The notes beneath the pieces are model-generated. The model was given only the letters and a program-made list of their open reading frames with translations, had not been told where the DNA came from and did no database searches. A program made the translations under genes and the position numbers. This document shows, piece after piece, positions 23,347-40,812 of a DNA stretch of 61,472 nucleotides. Source of the DNA: Hyphochytrium catenoides (Eukaryota; Protista; Hyphochytriomycota); NCBI GenBank assembly GCA_900088475.1, contig FLMG01003939.1, positions 1 to 61,472 on the forward strand, in the 5' to 3' direction. Numbering within the stretch: the stretch's first letter is position 1; each line of letters begins with the position of its first letter.

Positions 23347-25046
23347 TCAGCTTCTAAAGAACGACTTCTGCCACTGTTGCTTGGCAGATTGGAAAGCCTG
23401 CAACAAAGATAATGATTAGAAGAGTGAAGTCGCACTTCAAAAGGGCAAGAAAGAGTGGTACCTGGGAGATCGTAAGCTCTGCTAATGGAGTCTCGCCATC
23501 GGCTCCCTATGTCGCATGGGTTAAGGATGTCGGGACGATGATTGATAGATGACAAGAGAGAAAGGGAGAGAGAGAAAGAGTGAGAGACAGGAGAGAGTGG
23601 GGGAGGAGGAGACATAGAGAGAGAGTATGAGAAAGAGAGAGGAGAAGTATGCCAGATTTCCTTGCTTGTCACGTCCATTGGCTCAAAGAAGCTCATAGAA
23701 GCAGAAAGAGGAGAGGCACTCACCCGCATGAGGACTCTATTCATAACGGATTGAGAGTCCAGTTCCAAGATGATCCTATCCAACGCCAGAAGCATAAGTG
23801 CAGTACATTGTCATAGACAAACAAGGACCAAGGATAGAGATAACATCTACAAGACGCAACGACATGAAGAAGAGACACCGGAAGAGGTCATGGTATAGGA
23901 GATGTTGACACTCAGAAGATCTACGGCAGAGACGGACTCGGACATAGGGCCATACCCTGAGTCTACGATCTCGTCAGTAGCTAGCAGGAGCAGCTCCAAG
24001 TTGTCAAAGAGAGTCATTCTGTCCGTCTGACCCCTGTCAAAGTGGAGATATGAAGCGTTAGACGCCAACAGATCATTTTAAGGATATCAATCAGAGACTC
24101 ACACACACTAAGAGCCACTCCCTTATTTAGTAGAGAAAGGCACACACACTTAAGACAGGACAGACATAGCAGCGCATTCCATAAACAGTTAGAGCTAGAA
24201 AACATTAAAGGAGAGCGAAGAAGGATCCTTTTGGGGTACGGACACACCTGAGCAGACCGTTGACAGCGCCATAAAAGCACTCCAAGACCGCGGAGAGTAC
24301 AAGTTCGTTCTGTCACATGAGGACCACAGGGCCGAGATGGGAGGTCAAGTAAGGCATATGAAGGGCATTGCAGCTCAAAGAACGTAATAGGCATCAAACT
24401 GCTCTAAGAGGAATGTCGATAACAGAAGAGAGAGATGAAGAGGGATCAGACAAAAATCCTTAGGTAGCAACAACGATGCAGTTGATAGTAGAGAAGAAGA
24501 GCAAGCGAGAGGGACGCCGTCTCCGAAAAGAAGGCGATATAGAATAACCTCTACCGATCTGGAGCTTACCTCTTCCGCAGGGCCGACTACGAAGAAAGTG
24601 CCATCAGTTCCCTGTCTGAAGATGCTAATAACATTGTCAACCACGAGGACGTCCGCTGCATGGGATCAAGGTCTTAGTGGCATTCCTTAGAGGTATAAGC
24701 GTACTTCAGCACCTACGTTCCAACCGCGCATTCATATTCTTGGTTTTGTTGAACAGCTTTTTCTCGAGAGCCACCTGCTCAAAGTTGCAGGCAGAGGCGA
24801 TGAGATGGAGGGCGGAGGAGGGCCTGCAGGTCGGTGCTACTTGGTGATGGCTCGGTCTAGACTTTACCTGTTCAGTCTTGGTGGGATACTGCTGTTTATC
24901 AAAAAATTTGGAGCTTATTCTGTTGCCGTCGGGATCTAGCACGAACATCGCCTTGATCGAAGGATCTTCTGTGACCTACACATGCGGAGGGAGATTGAGC
25001 TAACCATCCTGGCATCTTATTCGTCTAATAGTCCTCCTACCGCCAT
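23347..25046 (-). CDS. COPZ1: Coatomer subunit zeta
   Basis: MA|VTEDPSIKAMFVLDPDGNRISSKFF, LEKKLFNKT, LFDNLELLLLATDEIVDSG|IILELD, ending AFQSAKQQWQKSFFRS*. Confidence 0.93.
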
Positions 25047-25597
25047 GATTCTGCCAGAACAGGGACGCAAACAGAAACCAGCGTACCAATCCCGTCCTAT
25101 CGCTCTCCCTTCTTCAAACGCCGATGTCGAGCCTGGACTTCAACAGACCTGCTGGCTTCCCGATAGCTCGCGCCTCGCCTCTCCGATGATGAAGATGTCG
25201 CTTCTCTCCAAGCTTTGTCTGCATCTGGAAAACAGATTCTCTGTCGCTGAAGAATCTGGGCAGGCCCTCAACAAGAATCAACTATATGATTACCGGAGAG
25301 GTTCATACAGTGATTACTCGTTGGTTTTGGGCCGCTAACGGCCGATCAGGGAGGATTGCAGATTGCAGTTTCTCAAGATCCGTGAAGATCTTCATCTCTC
25401 GGAATCTGCAAAGTCCCCAAAGGTCAAAGGGCAAAGGCCACGGGCCAAAGCGGTTGAGGCCAAGCGCACGATAGCTTTAAGACAGCAGAAGCACTGGGAG
25501 GAGCTCGTTGCCAGCTGAGAGTAAGCACGACGACCTGCCGTCTGTATACTTTAGGATCTGGGGGAGGCGTTCAGCGCTTGCTTGTTGGGGGATCACG

Positions 25598-28500
25598 ATG
25601 ACGGTCATGTGGAGAAAGATTGCTCTCGCATCCTTTGTGATGCTCCCGGCGGTGACTTCCTCGGCCCAAGAGTCTAAGCTTACATTTGAGGAAGATCCAG
25701 ATCTGCCTGTACCTCGCTACTGTTCCACCCATGAACAGATGAAGGATGTTGAAGTTTTGCCTCTATCCTCGGAGGAGAGGTCATTTCACCCTAAGCTGCA
25801 GAGTGTCCAGGTACCCATATACTCTTCCGCTTGACTCGAAACTGGCTCGACTTTGAAACTGTCAACTTCGATGTCTTTTGCTCGCTGTAGCTCTTCACTC
25901 GTTATTCTTGCATGTTCCTTCTTCCCCCTCTACTCTGTCTTCCCTCCATGATTGGTCTTGGTGACTCACAATATATTGCTAAAACCCGCTGCTTTCTGCC
26001 AATCTGTGTTCTGACAGATTGTCGCTCGCCATGGCAAGAGAATCCCGTACGCCAAGCTCCGGTGCTGGGATGCTGAGCCAAACCCTATGCATATGCGCTG
26101 GGATTGCGGCACCGAGACCATAGTGGTACACATACCTTGCAAGTAGCCCACTACTCAGCCAACCTGACCTTTGCGATATCTATCATATGCTGTCTTCAGC
26201 CGCTCTCTTCCTCTCACCTTGACGACCCTAACATCTCTTCTTTCTCTCTCTCTCATTCTCACCCCAATCACTGTGTCCTTCACAATGCCAGACCGCAGAT
26301 TTCGATGTTGACTCAAAAGATGGGCGGTTAGCTCCGCGGTTCTTCAGAAAAGATTTCGACGCCGGTCATAACATCTTAAATGGCACTTGCGAGGTGGGAC
26401 AGATGCTGCCTGACGGACGAAAGCAGCATCATACCCTGGGAAAGTAAGAGAAAAACTGCCATAGAGTCAGGCAAATTGCAGGTTGATCTGTTGACCTTGC
26501 GTCCTCCACCGTCCAGGAGGGACAGGGCTCACCCCACCCCTTACCGCCCTCTCCTTCAGTTTTCTCCTTTGTTGTCTTCCTTTTGCTGCTTCCGGTTATT
26601 TTGTCGCCGGGCCTTCTTGCTACGCCTACCGCTAAAGCTTACTTACCTAGGATCTTAAGGACAGCCTACGTCGGTAAAGGCAAGCTGCTGGAGGAAGGCG
26701 AAGTGAAGGTAATATATCGTCAGCCACACCATTCTAGGACCTGTCCTCTTTGTCTCAAAAATGTAGCTTTCAATCCTATTCGTATCTCTTTCCTGTCTAA
26801 TGGCTGGGTTCCCCTTTACTTGGTGCGTTCGTTCGCCCCTGACAATCGTTCCTTCCTTTCTTCTCCACTGATGGCAGCCACGAGATGTCTATCTTCGCAG
26901 GTAAGCCAAATCACAAGTGGGCATTACTGCCGTCCTAAGGCTGCTTTTTTTGCCTTTGCAGCGATGACAGTTCGAGAGTCTTGGCTTCAGTAGAGGTAGA
27001 TTGACGGAAGCTAGAATTAGCGCCTTGTTTTCGTCTCCCTCTAACCTGCAGGCCCTTTGCTTGTTTCCTCCCGGCTGTAGGGGTTGCTCGCTATGTGTAC
27101 TTTGAATGTTTCTTCTCCGCTCGTCCTCAAAGCTCGCGTTCCGTTGATCTTGGTACTTCCGTTCTAATCTCTTCCTAACCTCTCTCTGTCCGGCGCCTTG
27201 ACATCTGCAACTTAATGGCCTGTGATAGGATCTATTCAATGGCATGTTCCCAGTAGACCAGTCAGACCACTCGAGGGCAGTAGATGCATCGGTGGTGCTT
27301 CATACGACCGACATGGCAACCGACATAATCACCGACAGCGAGCGGCGGTGCCCAATGTTAGGAATGGTTAGACGCAAACTCCTCCATCTCTTTCCCTCTA
27401 CACACCCTATTCTTCTAATATTGCCTGCTTCCTCTTCTCTTTCCTGGGTGCTGGCCCTTTCTGCTTCATAGGCTCGCCAATTCGCTGTACATTCTGCAGC
27501 TTATGGGGGGCTAAAGGTCCGGCAAATACCGCTGCAGCGACAGCTTGAGAAGGCTCTCGGGTCTTTCGACTGGGAGAACCTAGGAGAGTGTCTTTATGTC
27601 ACACGGTGAGCATGAGAAGCTAAATGTAGCCATCGGAAGGCCTACTTTGGTCTATCTCGTCTCTCCTCTCTCTGGGCTGTCTTCCTCAGGCTAGTGCTAG
27701 GTCTATCCAATACCTACAGAGTTCTCGCATCTTTATGCCAATCAATCTCTCTTCTCTGTGTCCCTTGGCAGCTCTTCTCCTCCCTCCTCCCCTTCTAGCG
27801 TTTCAACTCCCCCAAGCTGTATGACCGCCAATGTCAATGACAAGGTTCCCTTTCTGGAGCCATCTCACTCTGTTTTTGTTCTGCTGTAGGTGCACGGATC
27901 GTCCGCTTCCATCTCGGCTCTCTCCCTCGCTCTTTTCAGCCGCTCTGTCTGCTCTAGACGAGAGGAATCGAATGTGGCTCACGCACAACAATTCTTGGTA
28001 TTCCAAGCTCGGGATGGGACCTTTGCTGCATGAGATACGGGGGAGGATGGAGAAGAAGCAGGAGGAAGAGAAGGAAGAAGAGACCGTCCCCAAGCTTGTG
28101 ATATATGGAGGTAAACAAGTCAGCGGTTCACACCTTTGCTGTCCGTTCAAACCATTCAGGATCGCTCGTAGCCACTGAGACTCTATGTAGCATCCCCTAG
28201 CCGAAGACTCATGGCAGTGTCTTCTTCCTCTCTGTATAACAGCCCACGACTTCACACTGATGCCCATGCTGGCGGCCCTTCAAGGTGATCTCTGGCCAGG
28301 AGATTGGGCGCCTTATGCCAGCTACATTGCGTTTGAATTCTATGAAATAGGCAAAGGTAAGGCGGTCTTTAAGAGTCATTAAGCGATCTGAGACTTCCGG
28401 AACATATCATGGCCTCCTGAGCTCAGTGGCTGCCTTCTCTCGTATCAACTTCCTACGTCTATTGCCCTCTCCTACGAAGTACTCGGCAACCCCTAACGGA

Positions 28501-29465
28501 TCCCAGCACGCTCTCTGACTATCTTTTCTATTCCATCTTCAAGCCTCTTCATTTGGAGACAGGTGGGCGGTTCGTGTCTTATATCAGGGGCAACCTGTGA
28601 AGTTGCCTGACTGCGCCAAGGGTAAGCTGTTATCCTTCTACATATACAGCTTGCGCCATTCTTTCATATGGCCAAGGTGTTTGTTATCTGCTTCGGTCAC
28701 TCTGCGTGATACAATCAGGAACTCGAACTCCTTTGTCTTTCCAAGAATCCATCATCACCTAGAGGTCTCCAAGTACTACGGATAGCTACCCCTCTCTCTT
28801 CCTCGTTGCTGCCCTTTCCTTACCTCTTTCTCGCTCCTGTTATTATTCTCTCTCAACCTGAGTTGCCAAGTGATGACATCTCACACCAACCTTTCACCCT
28901 TGTTGGTCTCCCCTCGCTGCCCTCGTCCTTAGGCCTCTGCCCCTTCCACGCATTCAAGAAGATTACCTCTTTCGCTCAACCTCAGGAAAAGATGCCATGC
29001 CAGATACCAGGCCATAATAACCTTCTATCTACCTCTCTCTCCGTGACCCCGTCTCCTAATCGTTACAGCCATTCCCATACGCGCGTGGTGGTTGGACTGG
29101 CAGGTAAGCTATAATGCCTCGTGAGCCGCAGGGAGAGATCAAATCGAGAGAGACTAGACAAACGATCTATTGGTAGGGGCTCAAACGGGACGCAAGGGAG
29201 TGCGTTCAGAAGGAGCAAACACCCTTTCAAAAGCAAACTTCCACCTAACATTCTTCTGTACTGCTGTTCGCTATTCTCATCCACAGTCATTACAGCGATC
29301 TCCCTCGTTGTTGCTGTCCTAGCAGTCGTTGTTGCCATCAGGGCCGTACACCAAAGCGATAGGCGGCGAAGAGACATAGGAAGATATGCAAGGCAAAGGG
29401 TAACTTCATATGGAAGCAACATCTCGAAGAGAGAGGACGAGACAGCGCTCTTGCTAGGGCCATAG
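25598..29465 (+). CDS. Histidine acid phosphatase (branch 2) with a signal peptide and C-terminal TM helix
   Basis: N-terminal hydrophobic signal, catalytic RHGKRIP (about 26027), AHDFTL (about 28242), and TM VITAISLVVAVLAVVVAI with a short cytosolic tail. Confidence 0.9.
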
Positions 29466-29947
29466 GGACTTCACATGTGAAAGCCCCGTGTTTTGCCAAG
29501 CCCTTCTGAGAGTTTAAAGCCAGCGAGGTAGGCGGGTACTCAGGAAGACTGTTGTTCATCATTCCTTCCCGCACTTGACGAAGAGCAGCCCGATGGCTGT
29601 GAAATGTACGAAATCAATCAGCACGCGGCGAGCACCACATGCTCCTCTGTCATTTGCCTGCATAGGCGGCTTTCTCTCTTTACGTCTCTCCCTCTCCTTT
29701 TGACCGCTCTTTGCAGAAAGAGAGCATCAGACCCACACTACTAAGTGAATGCTCGCCAATAATATCACAGAGTCCATCCCAGCCTATAACCCCTGCTCTC
29801 CACTTGGTCTTCATGATATTTGTCGGCCTCATGTCATCTTAAGCGTCCTTCGGGGAGAGAGGAGATGAAGAGCCTCGGATTGAAATGCTCTGTATACTGT
29901 CCATTATATTTACAATCCTTCCACTTTTCTCCCGCGTTCGTCTGTCT

Positions 29948-32900
29948 CTACCGAACGAACTCTTCTCTCTTCTCGATAATCTGATCGTACTTGCTCTTCT
30001 TGATGTTATAGTCTGCCTCGTTGTCGCTGACTTGCCCATCTCTGAGGGCAATGAGCTCGGGCTTTCTCTCTTGGTGGAGAGCCGCCTTGCGCCTGAGCAG
30101 AGCCTTGAACTCCCGGCGCATTCTCTGCTTGGCCTCCCTTTCTGAGAAAAAGAAAAAGAGATAGAGTAAGAAAGCCGATTGCTATGTGCGCGTACTACTG
30201 TGTCCAAACTCTTTTTGGCGTCTGCTCTCCGGAAGTACGCTCAGCCAAATGTCCTTAAGCGTGCTAGCACATCTTACCTTCTCTTCTCTTCTGTCTTTCC
30301 CTAGCCTTGTCAGCTTCAATGTATCTCTTCTCGTATTTCTTCAAGTTCTTGATGACATCTCTGTACTGCTCTGGAGTGAGCAGAGATGCTGGACGAGGTC
30401 TGAACATGATCTGTATGACAGGCCGGAGAGAAAACTCTTCAGTCACTGCATTGCAAGTTTCTTTGCGCGACTCTCTCTTTCCCATGCTTTCTCTTCTTGT
30501 CTCTCTTTTTGGCTTTTCAACATATCCCATTGACATTCTAACCCACATCGTTCTTCTGCTCTAGTTCTGCCAGCTTACCTGGTAGAAGTTGTCCTTCTTT
30601 TCTCTCTGGTAGGGCTGGCCCTGGAAGGTCCAGAGAACATATCCGTTGTCCATAGAATATTTATAGTAAGAAGCATCCATAGGCTGAGTGACAGACGTCG
30701 CAACAATCCGCCCTATATGCATACAGAATGTGAGAACGAGTCTATAGTCAGAGTTATCGCGAGCACTAGGCAAAGAGAGAGAGGGAGAGAGAGTAAACGG
30801 GAAGAGGGTGGCAAGAGACAGACCCAGACATGCCGAGACGTGCCATAGTGCTAGGACATACCGCTTGAATCCCATTCCACGGCCGAGCATTTGAAGTGTT
30901 CTTGCTCTGCTAACGAGTTCTTTGCATCCACGTCCCAGAACTCCAATGCGCCGTTCATCTCGCCCAGACCAGCAAGAACGATGAAGTTTCCCTGGAAGGA
31001 TATTCAATGATCGTGAGTACGAGACAGAGAGCAAGAGAGTATAATGAAGGTACTTACAATTGGTGACCAGTAAAGATGGTTGCATGCCTTGTTCTCCAGA
31101 GTATAAAGGAGAGTCAGCTCGTTCTTCTTGCTTCCCTTGCCTCCACACATGTCATAGAATGATACGTGAAGACGCTGGCTACTCTGCTCACCAGAGAAAC
31201 AAAGAGTAACAAGAGTCAGTGGCTAGAAAAAAGAGTCGTGCCAGACGGAGTAGGCACTTACTTCTCCATGAACAAGGGCAAACCGCGTGCCTCTTGGCTC
31301 CCAGGAGAAAGCCACGACTCTGTCCTTCATCTCAAACATCTAAAGAGTTCAAATGAAAGCTGTGTTAGTGAACATGACCTCAGAAGAATGTCAAGCCAAG
31401 GTTAACACTCTCTAGGAAACAAGGACAAGTGGAGCAGCAGGGTCTCGGTATGCCTCAGCAGGGTGTCAATAAGACGTTCTCATCAGAGGAAAAGTAGATT
31501 CAGAACCCAGTGCTAAACCATCATCGACAACCGAGATCCTGCTGCCCTATTCTCCCCTCGTCCAAACATAGTCAAAGGCTGCATTGCAAAGAATAGGCAC
31601 CGCAATACAACGAAATGCAAGACAACGAGGAACACCCGTTGCAGTGGCAGGCCTTGGAAGGATGAAAGAGGGATACCAACAGCTGAATAAACTCTAGAGA
31701 GCTACTGATCGTCTCACCTCCACTGGTACGAGGTCTTCCTTGACTCTAAACAGCTCAAAATTGGTGTACTTGGTCTTTCCACTCTTTGAGGTTCTAGTGA
31801 CCTTCACGCAAAGGAAGACGCCATCCTCATGCCAGTGCAGCTTGCAATCTGCCACATTGAACAAGTTCTTCTGACGGATCTATAGCAAAATACAACGACG
31901 CTCAGATTCTCATCAACAATAGGATGATGTAAGATGATGAGTATGAAGCGGGCAGCGATAGAAGAGTGCGATCAAAGAAGTAGCGGAGGAGCTCCCCAGC
32001 AGGTTCAGATTTTCTAGTTACGCAGCGAAGCGGAGGAGCACAATCTTTCTTTTGGCAGATTTTACCTCCTTTCTTGAAGGGATCTCGACCAGCGTAACTC
32101 TAGCAGGACTGTTAGAGGACTCTGGAGCCCAGTATGCAAGCAGGTTGTCCTTAGGTGACCAGAAGAAGTCGCTGACTCCTTCCTGCGTTGATGAGCATTC
32201 ACAGCACAAAGCCAAGAGTCAAGTCAGACAGATCTTTGCAGCAAGCGTGAAAGACTGAGAAAGACGTAGTAAGGGTGGTGGGTTGACGTTGTCTATGGAG
32301 CATCAGAATGGTATCAAAGTCAAAAAGAGGTTTTCTTCAATGAACTTCAGAGTTCCGGGAAGATAGAGTCGTCATTTGCTCCGTTCCGTTCACCACCGGA
32401 AGAGACATAGAGAGCTAGCAAGGAAGATAGGTTGCTATATTTGCGAGGCAGGCAGAGCCTTCACAAGGGAGTGGAGGCGCGCCGACGCGATCATGAAGCT
32501 TCTTACCGCTTTGAGACTCTTCTTGTCGAGGAGCTTCATGCTGGGCAGCTCGTAGACCTGGATAACATCTTTGCCCATTCTAGCAATGTATTTATCATCG
32601 TTGCTCCACTTGAAGGGCGCAAAGACGTCATTAGGACCGCCCACTTGTGGGGCGAAGGCACGCAGAGGCTTCTGGTTGCGCACATCCCAAACAATGATAG
32701 CCTTCTCGCCATCCTAATAGAGAAGAGCAAACCAAAGACAGTGGGCAAAGCGAAAAGAGTCAGCTTGACCGTCATGAAAAGAACCAGACTTACAGGGATT
32801 ATGCCCAGCTGGGGCTGACACATATTGAGTAAGAGCGATCAGCTTAAGAGCTGAAATAAGAGAAGGAATAGTGAAGCTTAGCGACAGTCTTACCGTATCA

Positions 32901-33807
32901 TTCATAGTAAGCATGTAGTTCTCCTGTGGGGAGAAGTCCAACATTCTCACTCCTCCATGCGCAAACCTTCCCATCTTCTCCCAGTTTTCTCCTCCCCAGA
33001 GTGCAATACCCTGCTTGTGGAAGGTGGCGAGATATGTGCCCTGAGGACTCCACATCACATACTGCTCGCACCACGTCTTCCCCATCTTCTTCTCCCTCTC
33101 GCCGTCGTAGTCCAATACAGGAGGTTGGCCTGACTCGACCCAGTGAATCTCTGTCTCAGCCGCATAGCGCATAACCACCTGATCTCTTCCATCTTCCAGC
33201 CATTTGTATAGATCAGGCCTGCAATAGTTCGAAAGGTGCAGATTCTAAGTTAATGGCTCTAAAGTCAAGTTCATAGGAAGTAGGAGAAGGGAGATTTGAT
33301 GTACCAGATAGCGTTAGCAAAGGATAAACCGATGCAGAAAGGCACTTACTTCTCCACATATGGCTTGGTCTCAGGCTCTTCGTATGTCTCTGGGACATTC
33401 AGATATTTATCAATATCCTCATAGTTGCACACCTTGAAGATGTGGCTTCTGTCTAGCTTGAAGTTATCAGTGGCAGTCCTTGCCTTCTCAGCTGCCTCCG
33501 CCTCTACGTAATCGATAAAGGCAAAGCCTTGTGTCATGTTGTCCTTCATGGGCATAGAGATTCCTTCCTCAGAGAGAGTGCCAAACTGTGAAAAGATCTT
33601 GGTAAGAACCCCAAGGAGTTTATCATACTTCTCCGCTCCAATAGAGGGAAGGTTGTCCACAATAAGGCAGGTCTTGAAGTCCTGCTTGAGTGGCTGATCG
33701 GTCTCAAGATCCTCTTCACTATCATCGGTCAGGTAGTCTGCCAGCTCATTCTTCTCCCTCTCCAACCGCTGAAGAGTGCGCTTGTATTCATTCAACCCTG
33801 GAGCCAT
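29948..33807 (-). CDS. EIF3B: Eukaryotic translation initiation factor 3 subunit B
   Basis: RRM ([15 protein letters not shown]), [56 protein letters not shown] and [10 protein letters not shown]. Ends EKREEFVR*. Confidence 0.96.
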
Positions 33808-34910
33808 CTTTCCTGCTTCGTTGAGAAACCTCCTCCCGCCTTGATACTCCTCTGACAAGCTTCCCGTATGAGGCTGTTTGGATCTCTGCAAAGCTTCGAC
33901 AGAAGATCTGGCTTCAGCCAGACCCGGAAGAAGATTAGAGGATGCGGATATTTTGTTGGCTGGGGAAGGCGAGGCCGCCGCTGGATTTGTGTGGTTGGCG
34001 CACTCTATGGTCAGGCCTAATAACCTTTTTAGCACATTTAGCACTCTATGTCAACTGCTAGAGAAGCCAAATAGGGATTGAGTAAAATAGGGGTCCATAC
34101 ACAAGCGGACATCACAATCACAGCTCCTTAGACCGTCGATATGTCATACATAATAGCTTGGTATCTTATTCAAACCCACAAAGTATCAAACCGCTTGTAA
34201 TCTAGGATAAACATTCATGGATTGGGAATGATATAGCCATGGATTAACGTCATTCTAAATATATAAGCCACTGCTTTCAGCGTTAGCGGTAAATTTGCCA
34301 TCAAAAGAAGAAAAGCCTGTGTGCTTCCTCTTCACATTTTCCTTCGTCACAGACTCTCTCTCTCTCTCTCTCTCTCTGTTTCTCTCTGTCTCTCTCTCTC
34401 TCTCTCCCCCACCCCCCCTTGCTTTGATCTTCCTTGAATCTTAACTCTATCTCTCTTCTCACTTCTTCTCTTCTTTCACTTTTCCTCTCTCTCTCTCTCC
34501 TCTCTCCTTCATTTGCTCTGCTCTCGGGTGCAGGTCTGGCTCTCCCCCCAAGAAAAATCTTCTTCAGCTCCGTCTCAAGTAACTTTTCATGCCTTCTGAT
34601 CTTTGTTCTCTTGTGCTTTGCTGACAGCTTTTATCTGCTCTGTCATCGTGCAGTCAAATCTTCGCTAACCCTGCAGAGCACACTCTCTGTCTCTCTTTAC
34701 CTTCTCTTCCCAGCAGAGACACAGCCTGGCAGAGGCAACAATGAAAGGTTGAAGATTTTGTTCGGACTCCACAGAAGCGAAGAACGCTGCCGGTCTGGGA
34801 GACCTAACGCTGATCAACGATCGCGTGGATCTAGAGAGACAGTGTAGAAGAGACAGGAGCAGACCTCGAAAGAGGAAGAATTCAAAGCTGAGCAGGATAG
34901 ATCGAGAACA

Positions 34911-39100
<4,190 letters not shown>

Positions 39101-40332
39101 CACTTTTGGCAGGACAAGAGCTAGAGAGAGGGAGAAAGAAAGAGAGAGAGAGACCCATGGAGCGAACCATCTGGAGAGCCATAGACGTAAACAACAGAAC
39201 CCTGGAACTTTCCAGGACAACTAGTCGGAAGAGGATGGGGAAGACTTGGTGGCTTAGAGCATCTCCACCGCGAGTCTCTCGCTACAGCAGAGAAGTAAGG
39301 CACCAGAACGAAGCTAGCCAATCCAGGGCGCCATAACATAAACTCCTTCTTTCCCCCGCATATCGACATTGCCAATAATGGCCTCGTGCATGGTAATGAA
39401 GCATATGTAGGTACTTGGTTGGCTGCTGCGCATGCTACAGATAGATGATGAGCTAGAAGGCGAGGGTTGAATGGCCACATCGGAAAACGGTCTGACAGCA
39501 CAGAGAAGCCATGTATGGCGCAGATACCATAGCTCAAGAGCTGGCCACTTTTTAACGATAGACCAGAGCCTTTTTGAAGCCTCGATGCATGGGATCTGGC
39601 GACCCCGAGAGCTCTTCAAAGTTCAATCAGATCTGCTCAGCAGAGGCCCTGCCGCGCCGCCAAGCTCGGCAGCAAGGGGAATGAAGAATACTTAGTAGCG
39701 CACTTAATTTCGGAGGGTTCGTACCTTCGGTATACGTGGCCCCCTCTCATCGTAACTCCCACAACTACCAGTTTTAGCTTCGTGAAAGCTTCAGCACTAA
39801 GATATCCTAAACTAGTAAAAAGTAGTCTTTCTCGGAGGTTCATTATTCTCGGTCTTCCAAGCATCCTAAGCCTGAGCCACAGTAAGAACCTTTCATAACT
39901 TTGTGGCTTAGGCAAAGGTAAGAATCGGGTCAGAAGCAAGTGGGACTTGGAATACAGAGATTTCCTCTCGAGCACTCGCTTCCCCGACAAATCGAGGAAG
40001 TGCGTCTGGTTTCCTTTTTTGAAGAAGGCACTGCGGCACCGACAGAAGACGGAGACAACCGGGAGCCAGACAGAGAGAAGCGAGCCAGGCAAACAGACTG
40101 GAGGGAGAGCGACAGCGCGCGAAAGGTGTCATCACATAGGGCAAGGAACAGTTACGGTGCCAGACATGCCTCGCAGGAAAGAGCTGCCTTCATGGAGCTT
40201 CACGTATGAAGCGCCGATTAAGGAGAAGCGAGGATAGGGTTGGCTCTGCAATGACAGTCTTGTGGACTATGTACTGACATTAGGGAAGGGCACCAAAGAC
40301 AGTAAATAGAAGCGAGGTGAAGAAGCGGCAGG

Positions 40333-40772
40333 ATGGCCTCGAGACCATCCTTCAGTGACTCACTTCCAAGCTACCAAGCTCTTTTCAGCAGCTCGCTCTT
40401 CTACGTGGGAATCATCCTCATTCCGGTCGCCTTCTTCCTGAGCAAGACTGTTGTTGACATCACCTTCGAGCTTGCCTTTAGGTCTACAGGGAGAAAGGCA
40501 GGATGGTAGGATCTCTTCTTCCGATCCGCTAAGATTGTCAGGTGTCTGACATGGTTTGCCCCTTGGTCGTGACAGCTGCATAGTTTGCTCTTTCCCTGGC
40601 TGACTTTCCCTTTCTGCTGCCATCTCTCTTCACTGGCACACCCTTGTTTGGGCTTCGGTCCACCACGGCCCTTACCGTGTCAAGTTCCAGTCTCTCCTCT
40701 TCTTCAATGTGCCTGATTCACATCCCTTGTTGCCTCGAGTGTCTCTCTCTTGTCGTCCTCTTTTCTCTTTCT

Positions 40773-40812
<40 letters not shown>

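Noticed and set aside
29476-29680. GAAAGCCCC ... GGCTTTC pairing reminiscent of the RNase MRP/P P4 helix
   Set aside because: Only a 7-bp match, other conserved regions are not recognisable, and it lies in the phosphatase 3' UTR.
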